Positions 49,985-59,327 of a stretch of DNA of 64,000 bases are shown here, in pieces. The notes below the pieces were generated by a model. It saw only the letters and a list, made by a program, of their open reading frames with translations, searched no databases and was not told the origin of the DNA. Source of the stretch: a virus. The stretch lies in the IMG/VR virus record IMGVR_UViG_3300024264_000015, positions 26,320-90,319 of that record; one strand, given 5' to 3'. Every line of letters starts with the position of its first letter. Within the stretch, counting starts at the first letter, position 1. The translations under genes were made by a program, and so were the position numbers.

Positions 49985-51211
49985 TTATGCTACTTTGTAT
50001 GTTACTTTAACTTCATCAGTTGCACTTGCTGCTGTTGCTGATGATAAATCGGTAGCTAAGCCATGGAAGGCTACGTCTACAGATACTACATCTTCAAAAC
50101 TGTGAGAGGGTAACTCTAAGTGTGCTTTTGGCACATCAACTACTACTCTAGGAGTAGCTGCTGTTTGTCCACCGATTGAGAAAACTAAATCAAAAGCGTT
50201 AGTAATAACTCCTCTTGATTCTTGAAGTTTCTCAAATAAGTCTAGAGAGCTATTAGCGTCTGAATTTAGATAACAAGTAAAGTTACCTGAGACACTTCTA
50301 GTTCCTGTTATATGACCTATTGGTAGATTTACTGTACCTAGCGTTTCTGGTGTTAAATATGTGAGATTGTTCTCAATTGTTATATTTCCACCTGTTAAGG
50401 TTATACCATAAGCTTGGTCACTTGAGCCTAAAGCTCCTAGTGTACCTGTAGATGCCGAAGCATCATAAGTTATAGATAAATCTGTTAATTTATTTCTGAT
50501 AAAGTTAGTTGTTGAACTAACTCCTTCAGCAATTAGTCCTTTTGGTGCTGCCGCATTTGAAGTAGTTAAATCTAAATCTGCTACTTCTTCTATTGACTTA
50601 CCATTTCCAGACCATGCAATCTGAGCAATACCTTCTATATCAAAATCAATTGATGCAGAACCTACTGAACAATCTGCTAGTTTGTAAATAGTAACACCTT
50701 CTGTACCTGTTTCGTAATTGCCTCCTGTGTCTTTTGAAGCTCCTAGTACGAAGAACATATTAAATGTTCCTACTTGTACGTTATTGGAATTTGCAAAATC
50801 AAAAGCTAGTCCGCCGGTACCTGTTCCTGCTGTGAAGTCTCCTCCACATGCTTTGTCATAGTCTTTTGCAGTCAAAGCTGCCCATAGTGGGCCTTCTACT
50901 GCAAAATGAGCTAATGCTGCGGAGTGTTCTCCACTAGTATAAGCTGCTGCACTACCTGACTTTGTAGGTCTCATATAAGTACTAAAGCTCCATTCTGCAG
51001 GCGCGAAAGAGTCAGTAAACATTGCTCTGCCTCTCTTGCTGTATCCTGCTGAAGTTGCTGCTTCGCTTAATGTTACCTCTGAAGTATTTGTGCCTTGGCT
51101 AAAAGAAAACCCATCTAATACAGGTATCTCATACAGAGCTGTATTTGCTGTAGTGCTATCCTCTGACCATTCCATAAATACTTTGGTATCTCTACTAAAG
51201 AAAAATGCCAT
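49985..51211 (-). CDS. major tail tube protein (T5 pb6-like)
   Basis: SRDTKVF, EIPVLDGFSFSQ, APAEWSFSTYMRP, DFDIEGIAQIAWSG, TGTRSVSGNFTCYL. Confidence 0.9.
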   Translation of the reverse strand: MAFFFSRDTKVFMEWSEDSTTANTALYEIPVLDGFSFSQGTNTSEVTLSEAATSAGYSKRGRAMFTDSFAPAEWSFSTYMRPTKSGSAAAYTSGEHSAALAHFAVEGPLWAALTAKDYDKACGGDFTAGTGTGGLAFDFANSNNVQVGTFNMFFVLGASKDTGGNYETGTEGVTIYKLADCSVGSASIDFDIEGIAQIAWSGNGKSIEEVADLDLTTSNAAAPKGLIAEGVSSTTNFIRNKLTDLSITYDASASTGTLGALGSSDQAYGITLTGGNITIENNLTYLTPETLGTVNLPIGHITGTRSVSGNFTCYLNSDANSSLDLFEKLQESRGVITNAFDLVFSIGGQTAATPRVVVDVPKAHLELPSHSFEDVVSVDVAFHGLATDLSSATAASATDEVKVTYKVA

Positions 51212-51224
51212 TCTTTTCTCCTAA

Positions 51225-51686
51225 TTAATATCGAATCTCTAAGGTGATTTCTCCTACACCTAGAGGTTCCAATACGCCTTCATCTGTATCTACAGTACCA
51301 ATTGTTGTTTGTACTGTATTATGAGATGTTCCTGTTGAATCATAGTATGTTAGTGGGTCGTTATCCTCTATTACCGTTTCAACGTCTTCTAACAATTCTT
51401 CGAGTGCTTCGATAACATCACTGTCATCTGAAACATAACATCGAACTGTTATTCTTAAAAATCTAAATCTGAAACCACCGCCATCATATTCGCGTGTTTC
51501 AGTACCTGCTCCGACATGTATTGTTGGGAATTCATTTACTTCATCCCAAAACTTAAGTCGTCTTTCTACCTTTGCAACTGAAGTTCTAAAAGGTGCGCTA
51601 CCATTTATTCCTTCTAGTTTTAAAGCTAGGGCTTCAACAATGGCTCTGCGACGCGTGGTATGTTTCCTTGCTAGTGCTGTTTCCAT
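51225..51686 (-). CDS. tail terminator protein (T5-like)
   Basis: KFWDEVNEFP, ETREY, TDEGVLEPLGVGEI. Confidence 0.85.
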   Translation of the reverse strand: METALARKHTTRRRAIVEALALKLEGINGSAPFRTSVAKVERRLKFWDEVNEFPTIHVGAGTETREYDGGGFRFRFLRITVRCYVSDDSDVIEALEELLEDVETVIEDNDPLTYYDSTGTSHNTVQTTIGTVDTDEGVLEPLGVGEITLEIRY

Positions 51687-53197
51687 TATTGTATATTTAT
51701 CCCAAATCTTGCTCCGATTAAACCTGAAGCTACTTGTCTAATTGACTTTCTAATTAATTTTTCAGGGTTTCTTTGAGTAGTATACATTTTTCCTCCTGGA
51801 GCAAATGTTTCATAAGGATTATTCATATAAGTTGCTTCAATTATTGTATTTCCACCTCTTGGTCCTTGTGTTACATTATCAACTCTTACTGAGTTTGCTA
51901 ATCTACCTGTTCTAAAATTTAGTGCAGGGCTCCCCATATTTTGTGCTACTGTTTGAGGTAATATTTCATTTAATAAACTTCTTAAGGCCATTGGATTCGT
52001 TCCTGCTTTCTTTTCAACATGACCCATACCTCTGCCATACCCTGAAGTCTTTTTAACAGCTTTTTTTCCTGTGCGTTTTGTTGTTATGCTACCTTGTTTG
52101 CTACTAATTTTTGCTTTTTGACTTCTTTTAATTCTTTTTGCATCACTTAGCATTTTTCTATTAACTTTAAGTCTCATATCAGGATTTATCTTATGTGGAA
52201 ATCCTAAAAGTTTTTCTATTACTATCTTTCCTGCCGCTGCTGTTAGATGTTGCTTAGGACTTGGAGAAGTTTTCATTTCCTCATCTGTAAGCTGATTACT
52301 TAGTGTTTTAATAACTGAGCTTTCATACTTATTTATAAACTTTTGAAGTTCTTTACTATCGTAATCCTTCATTGTAGCGTTTTTATTAGCAGGGTCAAAA
52401 GTTATCTGAACTTTAAGATTTTTTCTCATATCTTCTACTGACATATCAAGATATTGTTCTAATCCTACTTCTGTTAAAAATGCTTTGCTATACTCTTGGT
52501 AAACCTTGTCATATAGCTCATTTATATTATGTCCTGCACTTATAGCTTGTGTAAAATCTTTTTCTTCTAGTGAATCATGTCTAGTAGATGCATTTCCTTT
52601 CATCTTTTCTGCACCACCAAAAGCCGCTACTGTTGTTCTATTACTTTTTGTTCCATGTAAAGCACTTAATCTGATTCCTTGTCTACCTTTTTTCGTATCT
52701 GCTTTATAGCCCTCTTGCATTTGTGAACCAGTTAAACCACTTCCTATTAAGTCATTTATATCATTTCTAACGTGATTTAAAACAGTTCCTTGCATAGCTC
52801 CCATTGCCGCTTGGTTAGTAGTAAATGCACTCTTTGCGCCTGATTTTAAAGTATGTTTGTTACCATATCCCTCCATAGGGAACTTAATTAGTAAAGTATT
52901 ATTACTAGTTTGATAACTTAATTTTCTAGCTGTTTTACCACCTGCTAATTTTTTATACTCTATATGGTGAGCATCACGTGTAAAATGGCCTCTTACATTA
53001 GATGTTATTATACGAGCTAAATCTCTATCAGGTACTGTTAAACTATTATCTTTTAGTACTCTTCTACAAACTTCTTTTATATTCTTTTCTACATCGTTTA
53101 AATTTATTGTAAATTCGTGTCTATACCCTTGGTTTATTGCTTCTCTATCTGCTGCTCTAATTGCTTTAACAATTTCATCTTTTACTAATTGTATCAT
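51686..53197 (-). CDS. tail completion protein (T5-like C-terminus, extended N-terminus)
   Basis: ALNFRTGRLANSV...YMNNPYETF...RNPEKLIRKSIR; synteny. Confidence 0.7.
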   Translation of the reverse strand: MIQLVKDEIVKAIRAADREAINQGYRHEFTINLNDVEKNIKEVCRRVLKDNSLTVPDRDLARIITSNVRGHFTRDAHHIEYKKLAGGKTARKLSYQTSNNTLLIKFPMEGYGNKHTLKSGAKSAFTTNQAAMGAMQGTVLNHVRNDINDLIGSGLTGSQMQEGYKADTKKGRQGIRLSALHGTKSNRTTVAAFGGAEKMKGNASTRHDSLEEKDFTQAISAGHNINELYDKVYQEYSKAFLTEVGLEQYLDMSVEDMRKNLKVQITFDPANKNATMKDYDSKELQKFINKYESSVIKTLSNQLTDEEMKTSPSPKQHLTAAAGKIVIEKLLGFPHKINPDMRLKVNRKMLSDAKRIKRSQKAKISSKQGSITTKRTGKKAVKKTSGYGRGMGHVEKKAGTNPMALRSLLNEILPQTVAQNMGSPALNFRTGRLANSVRVDNVTQGPRGGNTIIEATYMNNPYETFAPGGKMYTTQRNPEKLIRKSIRQVASGLIGARFGINIQ

Positions 53198-53793
53198 TAA
53201 ATAACTACTTTATATAAATCAAGTACTCTTTTTATGTGGTCTGGAAAATCTGTACTATTTCTAATTCCAGCTGTTCCTTGATTCTGTTGGATAGCTCCGC
53301 CTAATGCTCTTCTTTCTTTATGCTCGTCTTTTATATAGTAATTTACTAAATCAAACAAAGCTAGTTGTAAGTCTTTTGGAGTACTAGCATAACCTGCCTT
53401 ATATGTGACTCTAACAGAACCTACGCCTTTCTTCCAACTTATTGGATTACCGCTTGTAGTAGTTCTTATAATAGCATCGGCTTCTTCATCTATATAGTAC
53501 TCATATTTAGTTGTAAGTAATTCTTGATAATCATCTGAATAACTTGTTCTTTCTTCCACTTTATTAATTGATACTAACGGACTCTCGCTGACTATTATCG
53601 TTGAGGTGTAGTTATCTTCAATTGTAAAAGTTTCTACTTTATTTGTACTGTAGTAATCAAGAAATGATACTCCACAATATTTTTTAACTAATTCAGATAT
53701 TTGAGGTACAATTATTGCAAGACGGTCATCGTCTTTCTCGCCTCTTAGACCTTCTGCGTCTTTGTATTCATTTACTGTAATTAAATCTGCCAT
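53197..53793 (-). CDS. head completion/adaptor protein
   Basis: VRVTYKAGY...PKDLQLA...FPDHIKRVLDLYK; follows MCP. Confidence 0.85.
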   Translation of the reverse strand: MADLITVNEYKDAEGLRGEKDDDRLAIIVPQISELVKKYCGVSFLDYYSTNKVETFTIEDNYTSTIIVSESPLVSINKVEERTSYSDDYQELLTTKYEYYIDEEADAIIRTTTSGNPISWKKGVGSVRVTYKAGYASTPKDLQLALFDLVNYYIKDEHKERRALGGAIQQNQGTAGIRNSTDFPDHIKRVLDLYKVVI

Positions 53794-53797
53794 AGTT

Positions 53798-53827
53798 AAA
53801 AAGTGGTGGGTTATAGGTAACCCACCA
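53798..53827 (-). terminator. intrinsic terminator after the capsid gene
   Basis: TGGTGGGTTA-CCTA-TAACCCACCA-CTTTTT on the minus strand. Confidence 0.8.
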
Positions 53828-53843
53828 AAACCGTAATTAGGTA

Positions 53844-55895
53844 TTAACTACCTTTATACATCCAACCCCACTTAGAAGTTGCACCGTCAATTAAGTCAGT
53901 GAATCCTAATCTCTGAGAAGCCACTAGGACTCTTCTTTGATTAGCTACTTCGTAGTCTGATTCAATTGTAACACCTCTTAATCTTGGCATTACATAGTTT
54001 CTTGGGTTAACAGCGATAGCTGCGAACTTAGATATTGCTGGTGCAGCAAACTCGTCACACATTAAGACTCTAGAGCCATAAACCTGTCCGATTTCACCGT
54101 TTAGCTTAGTAGCCATGTCGCCAACTAGGTTAGCGTCTTGGAACTCAGCATCTTCTAATAGTTCATAGTAAGACCTTTGTGAAACAATATATACTACTTC
54201 ACTTGGATTTATACCATATTTACCCATATTCTTTCTCATTTCAAGTAAGTCAGAAGCTACAATTTTATCAGTAGCAAAAGCTGTTGCTGATTGTGTGTAG
54301 TCACTGTCATTTCTTGCTAAGTGTAGTAAACCTTCGAAGGTTGCTTGTGATGTACCATATACACCGTCAGCGTCATCACCAGCTAGGATAGCATTTTCGA
54401 TACCTCTAGCGTGTGCTCTAACCATTGATTCTCTAATTAAAGGAAGAATCGGTAAGATTGCATCTTCTTCAGTTTCGTTACCTAAGTAAGATTGTGAGAT
54501 TAATTTTTTGGTTGAAAGAACTCTTTCAGTCATATCTACCCCACCTGCTGAACCAGGGTTATAAGAATCCCCTCTTTCTTGCAAGTTACCATGTGGTGAA
54601 GCACCACTAGCTGCTTGGTTGCCTGTAAATTCAGCATAACCAGCATCTGGTAAGATTGGGATAATCATATTAGCGGAATTCATAGCTATTTCTCTAAATA
54701 GAGGTGCTAATACTAATTCGTTTTGAATATCTCTTTCGATTTGTGTTGATACGATTTGCTCAAAGTCTGCTGAAGAAACGCCAACACCACTATGTGCGTT
54801 AACTTTTTCCATTAAACCTTTTGCATAATCACTGTTCCATCCTTTACCAGTCGCTAAACCAGCAAATTTTGCGTCAATGATATCATTCTCGTAAGCTTTT
54901 TTCCAGTCGCCTTGACCTTGTCTGTCCGCAAAGATTCTTTTTGATTCTCTGATTGACATGATTTCTTCTGATTTCTCAGCTAGTTGTTTCTCTAATGAGT
55001 CTACAACTGTTTTTAAGTCTTCATGTTTTTCAGAAACTCTTTTCTCTACGTCATTCATTAATCTTTCAGCGCCAGTTAAACCAGCTTCGATAATAGTTTT
55101 TTGCTCGTCCTGTTTTGCTTCTTGAACAGCCTTTTCATTAGCCTCTACTTCAGCTTGCTTTTCAGCCTGCTCTTGTAGTGCTTTTTCGTCTGCTGCTTTC
55201 TGCTCGGCTTGCTTCATAGCAATTTTAGCAGCTGTATCTTCAGCTACTTTCTTTGCAAATGCTTCCAAGTCGATTGAAGTTTCAGGAGATTTTTTCTCTT
55301 CTGACATATCAGTCTCCGTTGATGAGGATTTCTCCTCGCTTGGCTGCTCAATTTTAACAGCGTCTGCTGCTGCGGTTGAGTTAGCCTGTAATATTTCTTT
55401 TTGGTACTTTCTGTATTCATCCATACTATCAAATGACTTGCTTAAGCCAAAGGTTGCCCCTTGGTTGCAAGGTACTGATACTACAGACACTTCAAAAAGT
55501 TCCGCGTCTTTAATTTTGAATCCATCACTTTCAACCATGTATTCAGAATCTTTACATCTGAATCCAACTGAAAATGCTCCCAGGACTCCATCTTTCACTA
55601 AATGAGTAATGTCACCTGCGGCTTTTGATATCTTTGCAGTGATATCTAAACCTTTATCAGTGACCTCTAAACCAGTTGCTCTACCGATAGGTTTGTTGTA
55701 GTCGTGGTTAAAAAGAATGATTGGATTACTTTTGAAGTTTTCCAGTCCCCCTTTTGTCCATGCCTCGCTTTCGATTATATCTCCAGCTCTATCTAGTGCA
55801 TTTGTACTTGCAGAACCTTTGATGTTTATTCCACCATCTTCGGTTTCGCCTAGTGATTTAAAAGTACTCGTCCAATGATAAATTTTATTCGACAT
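53844..55895 (-). CDS. prohead protease + scaffold (delta) + HK97-fold major capsid protein in one ORF
   Basis: Protease ILFNHDYNKPIG, AFSVGF, ELFEVSVVSVPCN; coiled-coil delta region; T5 pb8-like ETEEDAILPILPLIRE. Probable internal start at 55307. Confidence 0.9.
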   Translation of the reverse strand: MSNKIYHWTSTFKSLGETEDGGINIKGSASTNALDRAGDIIESEAWTKGGLENFKSNPIILFNHDYNKPIGRATGLEVTDKGLDITAKISKAAGDITHLVKDGVLGAFSVGFRCKDSEYMVESDGFKIKDAELFEVSVVSVPCNQGATFGLSKSFDSMDEYRKYQKEILQANSTAAADAVKIEQPSEEKSSSTETDMSEEKKSPETSIDLEAFAKKVAEDTAAKIAMKQAEQKAADEKALQEQAEKQAEVEANEKAVQEAKQDEQKTIIEAGLTGAERLMNDVEKRVSEKHEDLKTVVDSLEKQLAEKSEEIMSIRESKRIFADRQGQGDWKKAYENDIIDAKFAGLATGKGWNSDYAKGLMEKVNAHSGVGVSSADFEQIVSTQIERDIQNELVLAPLFREIAMNSANMIIPILPDAGYAEFTGNQAASGASPHGNLQERGDSYNPGSAGGVDMTERVLSTKKLISQSYLGNETEEDAILPILPLIRESMVRAHARGIENAILAGDDADGVYGTSQATFEGLLHLARNDSDYTQSATAFATDKIVASDLLEMRKNMGKYGINPSEVVYIVSQRSYYELLEDAEFQDANLVGDMATKLNGEIGQVYGSRVLMCDEFAAPAISKFAAIAVNPRNYVMPRLRGVTIESDYEVANQRRVLVASQRLGFTDLIDGATSKWGWMYKGS

Positions 55896-56154
55896 CTTTA
55901 TTCTCCACTTTCACAGCTTTCTTTTTAGGAGCAGGTTTTTTAACTACCTTCTCTTCTACAACTGCTACTTGGACAGGATGTCTTTTCTTCATGGCAGATA
56001 ATACTCTATTCCAAGAACCAAATGCTCTTCTAAGCAAATAGTCTTTGACAGGTACATCATTACCGTGAGATTTGTATGCAGGTAAATCCATTACTTCAAC
56101 GCCTTTTTCGGCCATGAAATCGGATAAAGCCTTTATCATTTTGTCTTTTGTCAT
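55885..56154 (-). CDS. small protein with an HNH-associated-repeat-like motif and Lys-rich tail
   Basis: LLRRAFGSWNRVL; KKPAPKKKAVK. Confidence 0.5.
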   Translation of the reverse strand: MTKDKMIKALSDFMAEKGVEVMDLPAYKSHGNDVPVKDYLLRRAFGSWNRVLSAMKKRHPVQVAVVEEKVVKKPAPKKKAVKVENKDVE

Positions 56155-56156
56155 AA

Positions 56157-57364
56157 TTATTCTTCCTCGCTTGGCGGAGTTTCTTCCGGCCTGCCACCTT
56201 CTTCTGGGTTTGTGGCTGAACCTGCGATATTTGCAGGAACTCTTGGTGTATCAAACCCTTCAATAGTCTCAAGTCTTAACGCCTCCCTTGCTTCATTCGG
56301 TGTCATTATACCTGTGTTGACAAGTGTGGCGTAATAGCCTGCTTGGTCTCTTAACTCTGGTTGTAAAGCAGGTATACCTGATACATTTTCATCAAGTTTG
56401 AAACCGAAATATCTCTCGAAAGCATACGCTATTTTGTTAATAATAGGTAGTATGGTTTCTAAATAATATAGACGGTGGTTAGGCCTTAAGTTGGCATTAT
56501 TACCACTATCCATTAATATTGGTGGAACTCCTATTGCTTTTAGAATTATTTTTTCATTAGAAGCTATTGCTTCTTGAAAGTCTAAATCTTTAAGTTAACT
56601 TCAGTTAGGTTTTCCACTGTTAATCCGCCATCTAAAAATAGCGGTCTTCTACCACCTGACTGAGGATTGTATCTTGCAACCCAAGCCTGTAACATTCTTT
56701 CTTTGATTTTCTCTGAAAGAGTGTTCGGTGACTTTAAAACTAGTCCTGGAACTGCTCCATTTTTAAAGAAGTTGTCCTGAAACCTTCTCATGCTACCCAT
56801 TAATTGCATAGTTCTGAGTGCAGGTTTTAATCTAGGGACTCCTCTATAAATAGAACGGAAACTGTTTTCTTTAATATGAATTATTTCTGATGGCTTATAA
56901 TCAATAGAGTTGTCGTAAGTATATTTTTCAACATACTGTTTGTCATCACTATATATGGTTACATGCTCTGCTGGAAGATGATACAGATGTGCACCATCAA
57001 AGTAGACAAATATATTTCCATCAATTAGTAAGTCAATTATCAGATTTCTTTTAAATGTACTTACGTCTTGAAATGGATTTGGTTCACTATTTAGTAATAA
57101 ATCTACTCTACTTCTTCGTATGTTTTTTACAACAGGAGACGTTCCTATAATCTTATCGCCAATATCAAAAGGCACTTCAGCAGTATCGTCAACTACCATG
57201 TTGACTGCTCTATTTACTATTTCTATAGTTTCATAAGCATTTCTATAACTTATCTGGTGCTCAATACTGTCAATGGTCAAGCCTTCGTTTCTAGCAATAA
57301 CATATTGAGCAGGATTGTCTTTTTCCTCTCTATCTATTCCTAAAAATCTATCATACCATGCCAT
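56157..57364 (-). CDS. portal protein (HK97 type), split by a 1-nt frameshift near 56592
   Basis: DLLIDGNIF, EIIHIKENS, FFKNGAVPG. Adding one T restores NFKDLDFQEAI...IGVPPILMDSGNNAN continuous with ORF 56157-56513. Confidence 0.9.
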
Positions 57365-57722
57365 ATTTTTGTCTCTGTATTTCAACCCATTTCTGTTGCT
57401 TTTTTGCTGTTACCAACTTGGGTCGTTTGCCGTATATACTATGTAATCGTAAATGATGGTCATGACATATTGTAACAGCTTGATTATATATTTCGTCTTC
57501 TTTTTCTGCGATAAATTTTATTCTAAGGTCTAATATTTCTTGTTCAGATTCTATTTTTATCTTATTTACTTTCATCCATTGTTCTAATAATTCGGTTAAT
57601 CCGTAAAAATGATGAAAGTCTAGATTCTTCGTACTTCCGCAGATGTGACATTCCGTTGCTTTATTATATTTAGACTTGGCCTTGTCACGAACATACTTTA
57701 CTAAATCTCTTTTTAAATCCAT
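57351..57722 (-). CDS. HNH endonuclease (packaging/nicking-associated)
   Basis: CHICG...LDFHHF...TICHDHHLRLH; between terL and portal. Confidence 0.8.
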   Translation of the reverse strand: MDLKRDLVKYVRDKAKSKYNKATECHICGSTKNLDFHHFYGLTELLEQWMKVNKIKIESEQEILDLRIKFIAEKEDEIYNQAVTICHDHHLRLHSIYGKRPKLVTAKKQQKWVEIQRQKYGMV

Positions 57723-57744
57723 AAACCTACTCGTTATAAAGATA

Positions 57745-57773
57745 ATTTTAGCAAAATTTTAAGTTCATGTCAA
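57745..57773 (-). promoter_or_regulatory. sigma70 promoter for the head genes
   Basis: Minus strand AAAAAATAGTTC-TTGACA-17 bp-TAAAAT. Confidence 0.8.
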
Positions 57774-57796
57774 GAACTATTTTTTCAAGGGGTAGA

Positions 57797-59095
57797 TTAG
57801 AATGTAGTGACACTTGTCTCGAATGAGTATAGCGCGTATCGAATGGCGTCTGCCATGTGAGATGCATAATTGTGTTTGGGTTTTTCTTTTAATAAGTTAG
57901 GATTTGGGTCCCACTGATATTGGTCTAAACTTGATATAGATTCACGACAAGCTTGATGAACTATTAATTTATCATTATCCACTACTCCGGCTACGTGTCC
58001 TATACCGTCTAAAACAGATTTCTTTGCATTGATAGTAGTGATATCGTAATTTTGTGCAAAATCGAACCTTGTTTGCTGAGCAGCAGAATCGATGTAAATG
58101 TAATCTATGTCCCACTTTTGAATTAGTTTCTGAATCTCTATTGCGTGTTGTTCCGTAGTTCGTTCTGCATTAAGATATTCATCCAGTAAGTAGTACGTTT
58201 CTGAATCCCAATCATATCCGAAAACACAGAAAGCCGTAGGGTCTTTATAACCAACGTCCATTCCTGCGAAGATATCCATTCTCGAGGTATCTATTTCTGA
58301 CAAATCTGATAGACACTTTTCATGATTGAACGCCCATACTTGACCTTCAAACACATTGAAGTCCGCCATATACTCTTGATTAAACTCAGCTTCAGACATC
58401 GTCTTCTTTGCCTCGATTATATCTTGTTCTGATATTCTAGGATTCTCGTGATATGTTGCTTTGATACTTGCCCATTCTGGAAACTCATCTGAGAATCCTC
58501 TGTACCAAAACTCTGCAAACCAGTTATTTCTACCCCTTGGAGTAGATATAAAGAGTGCTTTTGAGTTTTCTTTATCTAGTGTGGGCCTGAGCGCAACATT
58601 GAAAGCATCCCGCCCGTCAACGAGAGCGGCCTCGTCGAATATGATGAGGTCATAAGACCTACCCACGACCGAGTCAACTTGGTTAACGGAACCCATACGA
58701 ATCGTACTATGGTTTGAAAGTTCAATAACTTTATCTTTTGCATTGTCTCTTAATACCTCTAAGTCAAAGTGCTTAATTAATTGCCTTTGTAAATCAAATG
58801 AAATTTGAGAAAGTGAATAGTTAGGTGACATCAATAATACATTAGCTCCTGGAACTAAAGTAGTTAATTGACCTATAATGTTGGCAATGTAGGTTTTACC
58901 TTGCCTTCTTGAAACTGCGGCAGTAACAAAACGATACTTTGGATTATTGATTGCATTTATAATTCCATGCTGAGAACTATTAGGTGTAATTCCTAACAAG
59001 TTCATATATCCATCAATAGGTAATTTTATAAATCTTCTATCATCGAACTTCATAATGTGGTCTGAAACCACATCTGTTCTGCTTATTTCAATCAA
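57797..59095 (-). CDS. terL: terminase large subunit (T5-like)
   Basis: SRRQGKT, LIIFDEAA, ISTPRG, GMDVGYKDPTAF, HMADAIRY. Confidence 0.95.
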   Translation of the reverse strand: MIEISRTDVVSDHIMKFDDRRFIKLPIDGYMNLLGITPNSSQHGIINAINNPKYRFVTAAVSRRQGKTYIANIIGQLTTLVPGANVLLMSPNYSLSQISFDLQRQLIKHFDLEVLRDNAKDKVIELSNHSTIRMGSVNQVDSVVGRSYDLIIFDEAALVDGRDAFNVALRPTLDKENSKALFISTPRGRNNWFAEFWYRGFSDEFPEWASIKATYHENPRISEQDIIEAKKTMSEAEFNQEYMADFNVFEGQVWAFNHEKCLSDLSEIDTSRMDIFAGMDVGYKDPTAFCVFGYDWDSETYYLLDEYLNAERTTEQHAIEIQKLIQKWDIDYIYIDSAAQQTRFDFAQNYDITTINAKKSVLDGIGHVAGVVDNDKLIVHQACRESISSLDQYQWDPNPNLLKEKPKHNYASHMADAIRYALYSFETSVTTF

Positions 59096-59319
59096 TGTAT
59101 CGTCTCGTCTTCAAATATATATTCGTGGTCTTCTTCGTTTAGAACACCACATTCTTTAGCTTTTTCGTATAGGTAACAGTAAGAAGCGGCTAGTTGTTTA
59201 AAATTCTCCTCTCCATTTGTGAGGTTTCTTTTCTTTTCTGTGTTTAGCATTTGTGCTAGAAATTTTCCTGCATTTACTAAACTTTCATCTAACCATAATT
59301 TTCTGCCGTCTGCTTTCAC
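59092..59319 (-). CDS. hypothetical protein
   Basis: 75-aa ORF with GGAG SD, overlapping the terL start. Confidence 0.6.
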   Translation of the reverse strand: MKADGRKLWLDESLVNAGKFLAQMLNTEKKRNLTNGEENFKQLAASYCYLYEKAKECGVLNEEDHEYIFEDETIH

Positions 59320-59327
59320 TTATTCTC

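Noticed and set aside
56157-57364. Portal as a true pseudogene (decayed prophage)
   Set aside because: It has a single indel, all other essential genes look intact, and no integrase is seen; an error is more likely.
59092-59319. Terminase small subunit
   Set aside because: The position fits, but no HTH or TerS-like features are recognisable and it is short; left as hypothetical.
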